From Zancudomyces culisetae HAW-14-8 (Eukaryota > Fungi > Kickxellomycota), in the NCBI GenBank assembly GCA_052426225.1, contig JBNJNM010000022.1, positions 326,290 to 390,289 on the forward strand: a stretch of DNA of 64,000 nt, written 5' to 3'. Below, in pieces: positions 26,412 to 38,657 of the stretch. The notes beneath the pieces are model-generated. The model saw only the letters and a program-made list of their open reading frames with translations, was not told the DNA's origin and ran no database searches. Numbering within the stretch: the first letter of the stretch is position 1; each line of letters opens with the position of its first letter. The translations under genes were made by a program, and so were the position numbers.

Positions 26412-26485
26412 CCCAAAAACCACCAAAAGAAAAGCCCAAAAACTACCAAAAGAAAAGCCCAAAAATTACCAAGAAAAGCCCGAAA
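26412..26485. repeat. Minisatellite, ~23-bp unit CCCAAAAACTACCAAAAGAAAAG x~3
   Basis: Directly visible tandem copies with small indels. Confidence 0.8.
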
Positions 26486-29244
26486 TAAAAGATGACTTGA
26501 TTATAGCTATTTAATACTGCCACTTTAAAATAATGGACAAAAGCCCGTTTATGGAATATACACAAACAAAAAGTCAAAATCATTACTCAATGCATTGGTA
26601 CATACCCATGTTTCCGAGTTGATATCTTGTGTTATAATTGCAATCCGTTCAACAAAATGTTGTCATTCTATACTGTTCAATTTAAAAATTAGTTTCTTGA
26701 TGAACTCACATAACATTAATGTATAGTTTATAAACTATCTTGCATAAAATGTGCAAAATATTTGATTTAAAATTCTTACTATGTATAGGAACCATAAACT
26801 ATATCAAACTAAACTGTTGAAAAAATGCTGACCTTTTTTTGTGTGAATAGTAAACTTTGGTGTTTCCTGTCACAGTCTAATGCCTTTGGAAACTTTACTT
26901 ATCATAAATAAGTCTTTTTTTCACTGAGATGTACCGCTATCTTATAGAATAAAGTCGGATTATTCGTATAGTAGACAAACTTTACGAGTTACGAGTAAAG
27001 AAATTTTGCTTATTACAGAATGCCGAGTAAAAATTAGAAAATGGTTCAACAGATAATTTAAATCTGGATAGTATACTTTATATAGTCCCTTCAGTGTAAA
27101 ATTTTTAGATAAAAAAGTCGGTGGTGTTTTAAAACAGACTGAAAACATTCTGACATTCACATTGAGTAGCCGAAAAGTGAAAAACACGCTGGGATTAAAT
27201 TTTTGACTAATATATTGCCTTAGACTGATACTGTATACATGTATGACAGGAATATAAATAATAAACTGAATGTAACTTACCATGAATATATTTATACTAT
27301 TCTAGAAACGGTAAAGTTGAAATGGTGGTTCAAATTCTAGATATACTCCTCTTTACGAGTTTTTTCTACTGACAAATGTAAGAGTTTTAATAGAAGTGGT
27401 TGATTTAAATTATCACTTGCATCTTGCGTTTTCAAGCTTAACTCAGGCTTAGAAAATATTAAAAGTCACATATACGCAATTTTACCTATTATCTAAAAAG
27501 TACTAATTAACTTACTATGGTGAGGGGTTCAAATCAACATTAAATGTAGCATACTACATTATAGAATCTATCCGTTATTCGATTACAAAAAACTATATTT
27601 ATTCCAACATCCAGATTTTAAGCGTCTTTCGGTTTTGGATTATTACAAGCCGGAATAGCTGTAAAAATGGTCATTTATTCAAATTACTCTTAGTAAAAAA
27701 AATCGGCTTTATTTGTATAATTTGTGATACTGCTAAATACATTTTAGATAAAGCAGACAATTCAGCTACTTTGGCAGCTGAAATCGAAAAAAACAACATG
27801 TAGCCATAATCAACTTGAACTAATAACTAAGGTATCAAAAATACTCAACATACCATTGACCGATCTGAAAACATCAGCTTAACTATTCAAATAACACAAT
27901 ACTCATACTATAGATTAGACAACTCTGGAAAATGATATTAGTCAATTTTCTGCAACAGCAATTGACTTTACTCACGTCTCCAGGGTTTCAAACTACATAC
28001 GCGTGTAATAAAGTTATTGAAGTACACTTTTTTCATTGTTTTAAGTGTTGATAAAAAAGATAAAACAAAAATTAGCATCAAGAGTTTTTTCAGAATTCAC
28101 TGGTTTCGGGTTATAAATTTCCAACTTCAATTCGAATTCAACCAACCTGTTATATGGTCTCATAGGTTACCTTAAAAACATGATTAAACTCAGATTGTGA
28201 TGGAATCACAAATTTTCTCTCAACAGTTTAATTTTGCTGCGGATTGTATTATTTCACAATGCGCTACTAAAAATAGGGAAATCTAGCTATCCCTCAAAAG
28301 TAATTCTGACACTTTCTTCCATAGCATTCTGATTAGAATAATTTATCCTGATTATCAACAAAAACCGTAATAGTGAATTGTTTTCTCTGAAATAATGTAT
28401 TGTAAGTATGAATCCTTACTGTGAGAGGTAAAACTGGACCTTATTATTGATATTCTGCAGGATTTTTTCCAGCATTTATTAGCAACTGAATATATCGATA
28501 AAAAAACTCGACTCCTTTCTATTATTTAAATAGGATTACTGAGCCCACAATTGGCTACTAATCTCTGCGCAGAAACAGGTATGTGAGGTGTATCAATATG
28601 TTTTATTTTTAAATGACGCATTATTTCAGCTCGTTTAAAGAAATTAAAAAATTCTGATTTAAAAAATTAACTATTTGTGAATCAGAGCATATCCATAATT
28701 TCTAGTGAAATTAAGTGCTGTAATTTTGTGCACATAACACATCACAAAGATAGTATAACGTGGAAATAAAAAAATCTATTAGTTTGGTAGTTTGAAGTAG
28801 TGGTTCGGGTCATAGCATTTAGTACCAGTTATCTTTAGAAGATTTCCGCAATGATTACAACTTTTGTTTTTTTAGAACACTGACCTTTTATTTTATTTTT
28901 TGGTTTTTTATTCAGAATACGAGGTATCATAATTAGTCAGCATATCATAAAACTGTTATCGTGCCTTTTTTTTGGTATATGAGATTTCCTTACAATTGTG
29001 AGATGTTAGTGACATTGAAAAGAACGACTTGATAAAATACTCGACTTTAATAAACCGTAAACTGCGGATTTACTGTGCTTTTATGTTTATGAATGCAAGC
29101 CAAGCAATATTTTAGTATAAATACTTGACCAGTTTCTAGGAAAGTCACTAAAATAAATCATTGATCTAGCTTAGAAAATATCGATAGTATAGTTATCACT
29201 ATAATTGAAACAACAAATAACACTTTCAAAACATTAAATAAAAA

Positions 29245-29439
29245 ATGGATCTCCTTTGTGGATTGGGAAAAAACTCCAAAAAGAGTATTGATTCCGAAAA
29301 TACTGTAAAAAACGTTGCAGAAAGCATCAAAAGCAATGAAAGCGCTAAGACTGTCACAAAAAAAGCTGATCCTGTAACTAAAGTAGGCTACTATTCAACA
29401 TCTGGACACCTTGATGAGGCAAGAAGCCACGTTTATTAG
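29245..29439 (+). CDS. Small hypothetical protein (64 aa)
   Basis: A-rich Kozak context (aaaaaaATG), TATAAATA at 29116-29123, and coding-like composition in an AT-rich background. Confidence 0.55.
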   Translation: MDLLCGLGKNSKKSIDSENTVKNVAESIKSNESAKTVTKKADPVTKVGYYSTSGHLDEARSHVY

Positions 29440-29599
29440 CTGAACAACTAGGTAGGGAAAAATCTCTTGAAGTTGCCATATATATATATCGTACTATATT
29501 GTATTGTATAACTAATATTCAATGGTAAAATGATAGGGTTTAGTTATGAGCTTTATTGAATTTTATCACAAAACTGCAAAGATAACAGCAGGTAAAATA

Positions 29600-31600
29600 C
29601 GGGAAATATCATATCAATCAGGCCATAAGCCAGCCACGCCTAGTTGGGTGCGTGTTGCATTCAGAAGTATTTCCTGGATATCATAGCTATACGATTTTCA
29701 AAAATGTTGTAAAGGTAGAATAAAATGGATGTGTAAATAGCTTGAGAATAGCATCAATTTTTCAACATTAGTGAGTTGAATCAATATATATGTTTGGTAA
29801 TAGTTTTGAATTTATATTTTTTCTTGCAAAGTGAATTGAGTGAATAAATATAACATAAAACATTTAAAATGAATTATTATATAAATATACATATAATATC
29901 TAACCAACCCATACCCATCCTGTTGGAGGCTTTATATCCGTTAGGAGTTAATACAAAATGAGTTTTTATACTTTCAAACTATCAAGGATAATTAATCAAC
30001 ATTAATAGGACTACGTTCAAGAAATCTGTTGCGTTTAGCTCGACTAGGAGTATTATTTCTATTCTCCTTTTAGTTATGGATAGTAGCCATTTTTTGCGAC
30101 TGGTTTCCCCATCCTGCGAAGTACTTAATTACATTGTTGAGGCAAATTCACATGGCACATACAACGACATTGAATATGGTGGAACTATCTATATACTTCA
30201 CAAAATAAAGGCTAGTATGGTGCACGATACGCATAAAAAGATAACAAAATTAGAACTGGTTAACCAAAGCTTTGAAATTGTATTACTACCGATAGGACAT
30301 GAGGCAAGTGTTAATTCGTATGAAAGATGATTCGATGAGCTTGAAAAAGTAATCAAACTATAGTTGGGATGCTAGAATACTAGATGAGGTGTGATGATGA
30401 AGTATCCGAAAGTCCAGCATATGGTCGCACCAGTATGACGTGTTTGCTAATAGAAGTTAAAACTGTTAAATTGCTTGTAAAAGAAAGATTATTTGAATTA
30501 TCCAGAACGGAATAATATCTGGATCCCATATAGTTTGGGTCTCACAAGATCATTAAAACACTTTTTGAATAACGATTCCGTGGCAAATAGTTTTAATCAT
30601 TATCAACTATAGTACGTGAATACAACAGAAAACTTAAATTGATAAACATAGCTCCTAGATACTTCTGTGGTCTGATAGTGCTAGAAGGTAAAGAATGACA
30701 TAAATATATAGAAAAAAACGTTAGAAACTGTTTCTTGTTTGGATCATAAAGACAATGCTTATTCTGGATAATACACGACTATTAAAACCTTAGTCAAAAA
30801 AAACAATCCAGTACAGGATAACAATTTTTTAGATGGCATCGAGGTGAAAGTTTTAGTAGCTAACATTGAAATAGCGCAAACTACTACTGACTTAAAAAAT
30901 CGGACTAAATAGCGATCATAAAACTTTGAGAACCGTCATAAAATTCAAAAAAATCGAGGTGGTAAAACTTGTCTTGAAGAGGATATTGGTAAAGCGTTAA
31001 CAATAGAACTGGTATTGTGGGTATAGCACTTTGAGAATAAAGCATCGAAATGTGTGGTTTTTATCGTGATGATATAAATGCAGGCAGTGATCGGTGCTTT
31101 TTTAGCAATCAACTTTAGTCTAAGTTACATCGAAGCGTTCAATTAATGTTGATCTGTAGTCCTGAGATTGGTAGTGGTACATATTCACCCGGATCAACCA
31201 TCAATAAAATTGACGGAGAAACATATGTTGGTTTTGAAAGGTGGTATTATGTTTAAAAGTGTTGAGAAAATTGCCCTCTGCCCACACAAGAACAACCTTT
31301 ATTCATGCAAAAACAACAACCTGGAGATCCTGAAATTAATAATTGATGCTGATATTATTAAATATGTTAACTTTTAGTAACATGGATATTGGGGGTTGAA
31401 TCAATAGCGATGCAAAGATTTCGGAGACTTTTGATTGAAAATAATACGGCCCTGGTGCTAAATAAGAGTTAAGAGTTCAAGGAAACATATGACATTAAAG
31501 GGGCAGAAGCTATCAAACAACTAATTGCGTGTGGCATCAAAGAGGTATCTAAAGTTGAATCTGTCAAAGCAGAGCAGTTATCTTGAATCGATGAAAAGGA
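29600..31600 (+). pseudogene. Degenerate ankyrin-repeat gene, paralogue of 40442-43444
   Basis: Ankyrin-like fragments (SCKNNNLEILKLIIDA) are broken by stops and frameshifts. It is collinear at nucleotide level with ~41350-43400, e.g. tatctaaccaa..ctgttggaggct vs tatctaaccaa..ctctagaagct, and tttttgaataacgat..aatcattatcaactata vs tcttgaataatgat..atcatcatcaattata. Boundaries are approximate. Confidence 0.65.
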
Positions 31601-31615
31601 GAATAAGCCTTCTTA

Positions 31616-31655
31616 AAAAGTGGAAGAGTGGAAGAGTGGAAGAGTGGAAGAGTGG
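31616..31655. repeat. Tandem repeat (AAGAGTGG)x5
   Basis: aaaagtgg followed by four perfect aagagtgg units. Confidence 0.85.
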
Positions 31656-33248
31656 GGTTGGCTAGGTAAAAAATAGAATATGGGTTTTTTAGCTACATGA
31701 GAACATGTGGCTCTTACAAAAATCGCAGTATAAGTTACAAATTCCGTTGAATGTAGCACCATAGGCTATTTTATTTTTTACACGCGCCCACTAAAAGTTG
31801 AGATATGCTCAACACCCAAACCTAGCATGATCTCAGCTTGCACTAAGATGTCACCACTTTTACGTTTGCCTTTTTCTCCATATGTTCGCTATGTAGAACA
31901 AGAAGAACATACAAGCCACGTAACATACTTACGGAATCTTAGAACTTATTAAGCTTAACTTTTGAACACACAAAGACACTTGATGGGTGATTCTGTTTTT
32001 TATGTCTGAGGTTTTTGAATGGCTGTTTAGAACTTAGCGAAAATATTTCCATTTTAAAAACCTATCGTATTTTCTTAGGTTTCAATGCGACCTATATATG
32101 AAAATAAATAAAATTCAAAGTCTGTAGAAAAACCAATTATTTGCGGAACTTAAAAACTTAAGACTTTCATATATAACTAAAATAAGAACTGACAATTTAA
32201 TTTTGCAGGTCGCCGAAACATCCCCTTAATAGTGGTTTAATGGTTTAGATACAAAGTTTGCTGATAAACTTGATTTATTTCCTCCCCCCGTACAAATCCA
32301 GTACGTTTTTTACTAATTATGAACATCAAAATAGCATTTAGCCCTTAACAATAGTGTACAACTCTTAGCAATAACATGAAACTATCTCAAAAGAAATACT
32401 GGGGCATTCACTCGCCCTATTGCCTCGCTATTCTCTATAACCCTGCTAGTAGTTTTATAGTTAAAAGCCTTTCACACTTATGTTTACTTCCTCTTTTTTA
32501 ATTCCTTTCTTTACCCAAAGTATTCGTCAGTTGAAAAAGCACTCCAATAAAAAAAAAAGTACAACAGCTAATTGTGTAAGCCTATAGAAAGACTAGCTGA
32601 CTTTTTTATCTCTGTAAAGAGTTTAAACCTTCTTGCTAGAATAATTCGAATACAACAACGGCTTACGACTTAAAACCTGAAATAACCCCAAGCTTCCACT
32701 CGTTGATGTTATTTTTCATCTCTTTCATTCATGCTATGTGATCAGCGTTTTTACCTGCATCCAAGCTGCAAAAAACAAAAAAATATTGGCTAATAAACTG
32801 TCTTTCTCTTTAGAATGTTGTGTCTACCAAACCACAAGCATGTGATGTCGAGTTTCTTTATTTTTTCCTCTTTGCTTCTAATAGTTATAAGAAGTATGCT
32901 CAGAACGGAGGACGCTTTCGAAAAAAATACTCCTGCTTTCCAACTAAACAGAATTTACTTTCTCCTCTTTCTTTCCCTTCCCTCTATCTTTTCCCTCTAT
33001 AAAAAGATTAACATATACATTATTTTTCAGTGATAAACATTCTTATTAGTAAAGCAAAATTTACCACTTAGCCATCAATTAAAACTTTTAAAAAAACTTA
33101 GATAAAGTTATTAAGATAAGTTTCAGGTTTTTGCAGTGATGTCTTTTTGAGAGAGAACGTTTGTTAGAGTTCGTTTACAAATTTCATATGATAGTAAATA
33201 TTTATTTAACCTTTATATTCACAGTCAGGTAATAGGTGAAAAAAGATG

Positions 33249-33467
33249 TCAAATCCAACCAGGCAATTCACACTCCTTAGTCGAGTTTCCCATGGTTAGA
33301 AACTTATGTTGAACTATATCTCCTAGTTGAGCCAATGGGTCATGTGAGGGCCCAGGTTCTACATCCATGGACGAAACACCTGATCTGGCACCATCGGAAG
33401 AGTAGCGGCCATTATCCTGAAACTGTTGGATGATTGCCGAACGGAGTTGCTTAATCAGACCTGACAT
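33249..33467 (-). CDS. Small hypothetical protein (72 aa), MSG..R.....D.GRYSSD family, copy 1
   Basis: GC-rich island with an ATG start and a paralogue at 36808-36984. Confidence 0.65.
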   Translation of the reverse strand: MSGLIKQLRSAIIQQFQDNGRYSSDGARSGVSSMDVEPGPSHDPLAQLGDIVQHKFLTMGNSTKECELPGWI

Positions 33468-34487
33468 TGAAAATTTAGTTTTTTAAAATAATCTCTTACT
33501 TTTTTAAATATTAGCCTTAGCACTATTCTTATAACTTGACTTATAATCAATCTGTTTCAAACAAATTACTTGTTCAATCTTATTAAATTTCTTGTATACT
33601 GTATACTTTAAAACTACTAAAAGAGCTAAAGATACTTCTAATGAGATCTCTTTTTCTTTTAAATATGTTAATTGCTATTGTTAAAACTATTATAAAACTA
33701 TTCCTATTAATGTCTACTATATCTGTTATTACTTTTATTTAGCCTTGTTATTATCCTCATACTCTGTCTCATTTCCCATACTCGTATTTCTACTCTTATT
33801 GTATTTGATATATACTATTACTAATAAATTCTTTTCTGTTATTGCATTTTGAAATTTTTCTAGTCGATTTTTGATTTGATTTCTTGATTAATTTTGTGAT
33901 CGGAAATACAATTCCTATTTTTGATTGTTATCATCGTACATAACATCAAATTCATTATTCACATATTAATAACTTTCTGTAATTTTATAGTTTCCCAAGA
34001 AATTGTATCATTTAGGTCTTATAACACAGAACACACGGCACACACTAAACTCGAGTACACACGAAACTCTCTATATTGTACTAATCAATAGATTATTTCT
34101 AATTCTACAATTCAATTTTATTAAATTTCCATCAGATTTTGCACAAGCAAGTTTAAATGCTGCTCCATATTTATATTTATCTATTTAACCGATTAGTAAA
34201 CAAACAATTAAAATATTTTATTATTGTACTGCTGAAAGGTATTTATATTAAAAGTTTTATTTCAGCTTGTTTTTATTAATTTTTTAAGTGTGTTTATTGC
34301 TAAGATTGTTGAAAAAATGTAAAAAATTAACTTTGAACATCTCTTGTTAAAAACCTTTATTTTAAATAATTATAAAATTTAATTATAATTATTAATAAAA
34401 TAGAAACTAAGAAATGAAACTGATCAAATTTGGAGTAGAATCATGCCATTATAAATGCCACATTGGTATTCAATCTTATGAGGTAGT

Positions 34488-34945
34488 TCAAATATAAGAT
34501 ACTGCATGACGTCGACCGAAAACATACCATAACTCATTAATCGAATTTCCTAGCCTCATATCATGGACATAACAGATACCTCCACAATTTGCCTCTCTGC
34601 AGGCTAAGAATGTGCCTTTGTTAATATTTCTGCCTCCCATTGTTATAGCTGCAAACGCCGGTGATGCGTAGCACCTATTTGGCATGATATCGAAAGTACC
34701 CTGTGGTTGACTAGGAGCGCGACCGACAGCGAGTGGATCACTAGGACCGGAACCGGCACGGAACAGTTGAACTATCATATTATCATTTCTGGATGCAGGT
34801 GAGTTTGTAGTCAGTTCTAGATCTCTGTTTTCATCCACAGTTTGCAAAGTTTGGTTTTGTGCACTTTGTGGTAAGGCTGAGCTAAATACAAGAATTTTAA
34901 AATGCTGAGAATGCAGAAAATGCCGAGTGTTGTTGACTTAATCAT
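34488..34945 (-). pseudogene. Frameshifted paralogue of the secreted 4-Cys protein at 48203
   Basis: ATG ATT AAG TCA at 34945 is identical to the 48203 start. A ~26-nt micro-duplication (ctcggcatttt/ctcagcatttt) shifts the signal peptide out of frame. The domain GTFDIMPNRCY..CREANCGGICYV is intact. TGA replaces the paralogue's TGG. TATAAAAG lies at 35047-35040. Confidence 0.8.
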
Positions 34946-36807
34946 TTTTGGTTTTTGTATTTCTTTTTCAATGCTAATACGAAATGTTAAATTATTATTG
35001 AATGCGATATAGTTTTTTTTAATATCGAAAAAGTATTGCCTTTTATACTTTACAGAGACAATCGGATATTTCCCTATCCATAAAGTATAAAATATGTTTA
35101 GTATTGATTAGGACTATGGCTTTGGTATTATTATTATTATGCCGACTATTCTAGCTACAACTATGTGTGAAGTACTCCCTATTATTAATTACATGCTATT
35201 CGCAATACTCTTTTTTGTTGTTTTAGCCAATATAATGAATCTAGGTACAGTCTATATTGGTAATGCGAGTTTTACTTATTTTTCTAAACGTAGGTATATG
35301 TATAATTGCTGATACCTATATATAGATCTTTAAAAATAAATATACTAAGTCATCAATTACAAACCAATCTGAACTGTTTTCTGTTTTCATAAATATAAAT
35401 TTGTCTGGTTGTTAATGGGTATTGGGTGAGTAATCACTTAATCTAGATGCTTACATAGAAATATCACTGTTTTATTTTCTCAACAAAGATATTATTAAAA
35501 TAGTCCAGAATTAATATCTAAAAAGAAGCATATGAAATTGATCCCTAAAGCTATTACTTCGGCATCCATGATACTCAATTCTGCTCTGTTTCTATTTTTG
35601 GGTGAGCGTTTTACACAAACCTTTCGGTCTAAAATAGCTTGACATCAAGTTGAATCGAATTCCTCAATTATTAGATAAGCTAAGAGTATCATAAACGTAA
35701 AGATATACTGCACTGTGTGATAACTATAATACTCTGATATAGAACATGAGCCTATTATATTCTGATTTATAACATGAGTCTATTATTACTCAAACTATTT
35801 ATAGCAAGGTGCTATATGAAATCAAATAGTGAAGCTTCACTTCCCAAAGGTTCACAACTCGGAGCTCTACTCTTATTTTACAATGCTCCCTTTTATTGTT
35901 AGATACATGATACTTTTATTTGTAATGGTCTAGTCAATGTCAATTTTAGGTTTGAACAGATTTGTAATTATTCGCCAATCTAAAATGATCAACATTAATC
36001 TCTCGTCAGGAAAAAAGGAAGTAAAGGGTGAAATTTTTTGAGTATTTGCGGGGCCGAGACATTTTCAGTTTTACAGATTTCTAATGCACCTGATAAATTG
36101 CGAATAGTACTAACTCTGTCTTTATTGCGAATATTACAAGATGATTTAGAAATTTTTATCGCAAGCGCAATTTTCTCGCTTTTTATAAGCTCATATTTCT
36201 TGAAGAATTATTATTTTTTATTCTTATTACATATTATTTACTGCAAATGTAATATAATTTTTAATGAGCTGGAGTTACCAAATCAAATAAATAGAATTGT
36301 AGGTATTTGAGTGGTAAATGACCACGTGCTGATATAATTATAACTATTGTGCACTTAGGTGTTACTATAAAACTAGATCTTCCCCGCAAAAAAGCTACCA
36401 ACTAACTATTTCCTTGACCTATGTATTATAATAGTTCGGTATTCATTACCTTGTTGTCTTCGCAGCAGCAGTTGATAGTGATAGTCTTTTAATGACTTTT
36501 CTATTTTTAGAAAGTATTATGTAATTCTTTATGTTGTTGATACAAATTTTTTAATAGCTAATATTCTCAAGGCGCAATTAACTTACAGCGGTATTAAAAT
36601 TTAAATCGTAATAAGGTATAAATATATTCAACCACCTTGGTAAATATTGTACTTATTCCAGCAAAGCCACTAAATAGAAAGTGTCTTTAAAACTACATAA
36701 ATACTGTCAAAGTTAAAATTAGAATCAGTTAATTAGTAGCTTTCTAAAGTATGTCGCATGTGTTATAAATTATTATCAAGTTTAATCTTTATTTGGTAAT
36801 AATATTT

Positions 36808-36984
36808 TTAATCATAAACTTTGTTGGATGGGATTGGGCATAACCCCATCCTTTGACGGGTTCTACAGTTGTAAAAACACATAATCCAAATGTCAGCAAA
36901 TGGATCACTATCAGATGAGTATCGACCCTCATCTCTAGCAGCCAGAATCAACGTGGTTCGTATTTTACTCATGAAGCCTGACAT
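36808..36984 (-). CDS. Small hypothetical protein (58 aa; below ORF-track cutoff), GRYSSD family copy 2, probably frameshifted
   Basis: MSGFMSKIRTTLILAARDEGRYSSDSD aligns with MSGLIKQLRSAIIQQFQDNGRYSSDGA. Downstream similarity (VEP...AQ...KF) continues only in a shifted frame. Confidence 0.55.
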   Translation of the reverse strand: MSGFMSKIRTTLILAARDEGRYSSDSDPFADIWIMCFYNCRTRQRMGLCPIPSNKVYD

Positions 36985-38165
36985 GTGTTAGTTGTGAGAT
37001 TTTAATAGCTATTTTTGTTATTTTTTAAACTTGTATTTATGACTAGCCGGAGCACTATTCCTAATAAACTTGTTATGTATCCTAAACTTGGATTTTTTTT
37101 CACAATTAGTATTTTTTTAACTTTTTATTTTTTTCTTCTTGAAACTATTAAAAGAGCTAAGGAATCCTCTATGAGTCTTCCACTGTTAAATATATACTAT
37201 TTCAATAAAACCACGAATAGCTATATTTAAGTAACCTATGTTTCATTGTTGATTTACTGTGTTCTAGCTTTGGTTTTGTTCTTACATTCGTTTTCATATT
37301 CTGTTTGTTCTTATCTTTGTGGTTGATTTACTATCTAATATCATTTTTAATTGTATTTTTCAGTTTTTAATTTTTAGTTGCTTGTTTATGAAGTAAATAA
37401 AATAATTATTTGATTTTGTTGAATTCGTATCTACATGCGAATACACACGACTTAACACTACTGATTTATAACTGATAGTAGCTTGATATTCAACATTTAC
37501 CATAATATATTTTCACTAACTATAAATACAAAGCGAGAAATAAAATGATTATTGCAACCATCCCCCCTCTAATTGGTTATTTTTATGATTATATGGAAGA
37601 TGTATTAATTTTAGAAAATCCAGTAATTTGTAGATTAAATTTTAAGATGAATCAAGGTAAGAATAGTGGTTAGTTAAGTTCAATTTTAATATTGAAATTG
37701 TCCCAATCATTATAAATCGTTGTAGTAAACACTTTATCCAATGAAGTATTATGAAAGTAATGTTGAAGATAACAATTTTTTAGATATATTGAGATCGGTA
37801 TAAACCGAAATTGAGCTAGTAAAAGGTATTCAAAAACAAATAGTCAAACCCCATTCAGAGCTTTGACTAGAAATGTTTCAATTATTCGTGAATAGCCGGT
37901 TTGAGAATATTAGTGAAATCTGAGGTTGGGTCCTAATTGCCTTGCCTTTGTAAATATAGTATTTGGTTATAAATACAACAAAATAACTTGTATAAAGTAA
38001 AAAGATAATTAACAAAAGTACAATATAATGATAATAGCACACACAACATCAAGTAAGTACTGTTGGAAAATTAGTAAAAGTAATGACAGTAAAGACATTT
38101 ATCGAAAAAAGCTGAAGTGTTACCAAAAAGTAAAAATTATAATGGCCATCAACAAATGAATCTTA

Positions 38166-38657
38166 TTAAGTATAATTCAGTAGCAAAATTACCAAAACAA
38201 TACAGATTAATAAAATAATAAATAATATGGAATATACAAGTCCGAAGCGGTCATATGTCTTATCAAACATAACTTCGCAAAACCCGTAGTCATAACCGTT
38301 AGTTCTTGTAGAACCTCCATTATCAAGACTATTGAGTATCGAAAAAGCAATAGTACTATCGTTATCCACACATGCCGCGTTTTTTGGACTCGGTATTGTT
38401 GAATATATTACCGCATTCCTACCACAACATGACTGGGTCATATTAGATTCATTTTGATACTCTTGAAAGTCTCCTTTTCTTTGTATTGAATTTCCGACAC
38501 AACCTATGTCAGCTTCAAAGTTAGTGCGTTCTAAATTGTAAATATCATTTTGTGAATTACCACGGATTTGACGCTCACTGCCACTAGCTCCCACTTCAAT
38601 ATTTAGTCCTACTCCAGTCCGGTGAGAAGCGTCAAAATTATCATCACGTTTTGGCAT
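38166..38657 (-). CDS. Hypothetical protein with a C-terminal transmembrane segment (163 aa), possibly a decaying longer gene
   Basis: Hydrophilic N-terminal region followed by FGLVYSILFIILLICIVLVILLL. Confidence 0.5.
   Translation of the reverse strand: MPKRDDNFDASHRTGVGLNIEVGASGSERQIRGNSQNDIYNLERTNFEADIGCVGNSIQRKGDFQEYQNESNMTQSCCGRNAVIYSTIPSPKNAACVDNDSTIAFSILNSLDNGGSTRTNGYDYGFCEVMFDKTYDRFGLVYSILFIILLICIVLVILLLNYT

Noticed and set aside
27400-28700. Possible further decayed ankyrin gene (TCSHNQLELI-like fragment)
   Set aside because: Too degraded to align by eye. It needs a frameshift-aware search.
36860-36920. Programmed +1 frameshift (antizyme-like) in GRYSSD copy 2
   Set aside because: There is no shift-site stop codon and no antizyme similarity, and copy 1 needs no shift. 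A simple indel is more parsimonious.
37880-38165. Hydrophobic read-through of the 38657 ORF suggesting a 3-TM pseudogene
   Set aside because: T-rich DNA yields F/L/I-rich translations by chance, and there is no homologue to anchor the claim.
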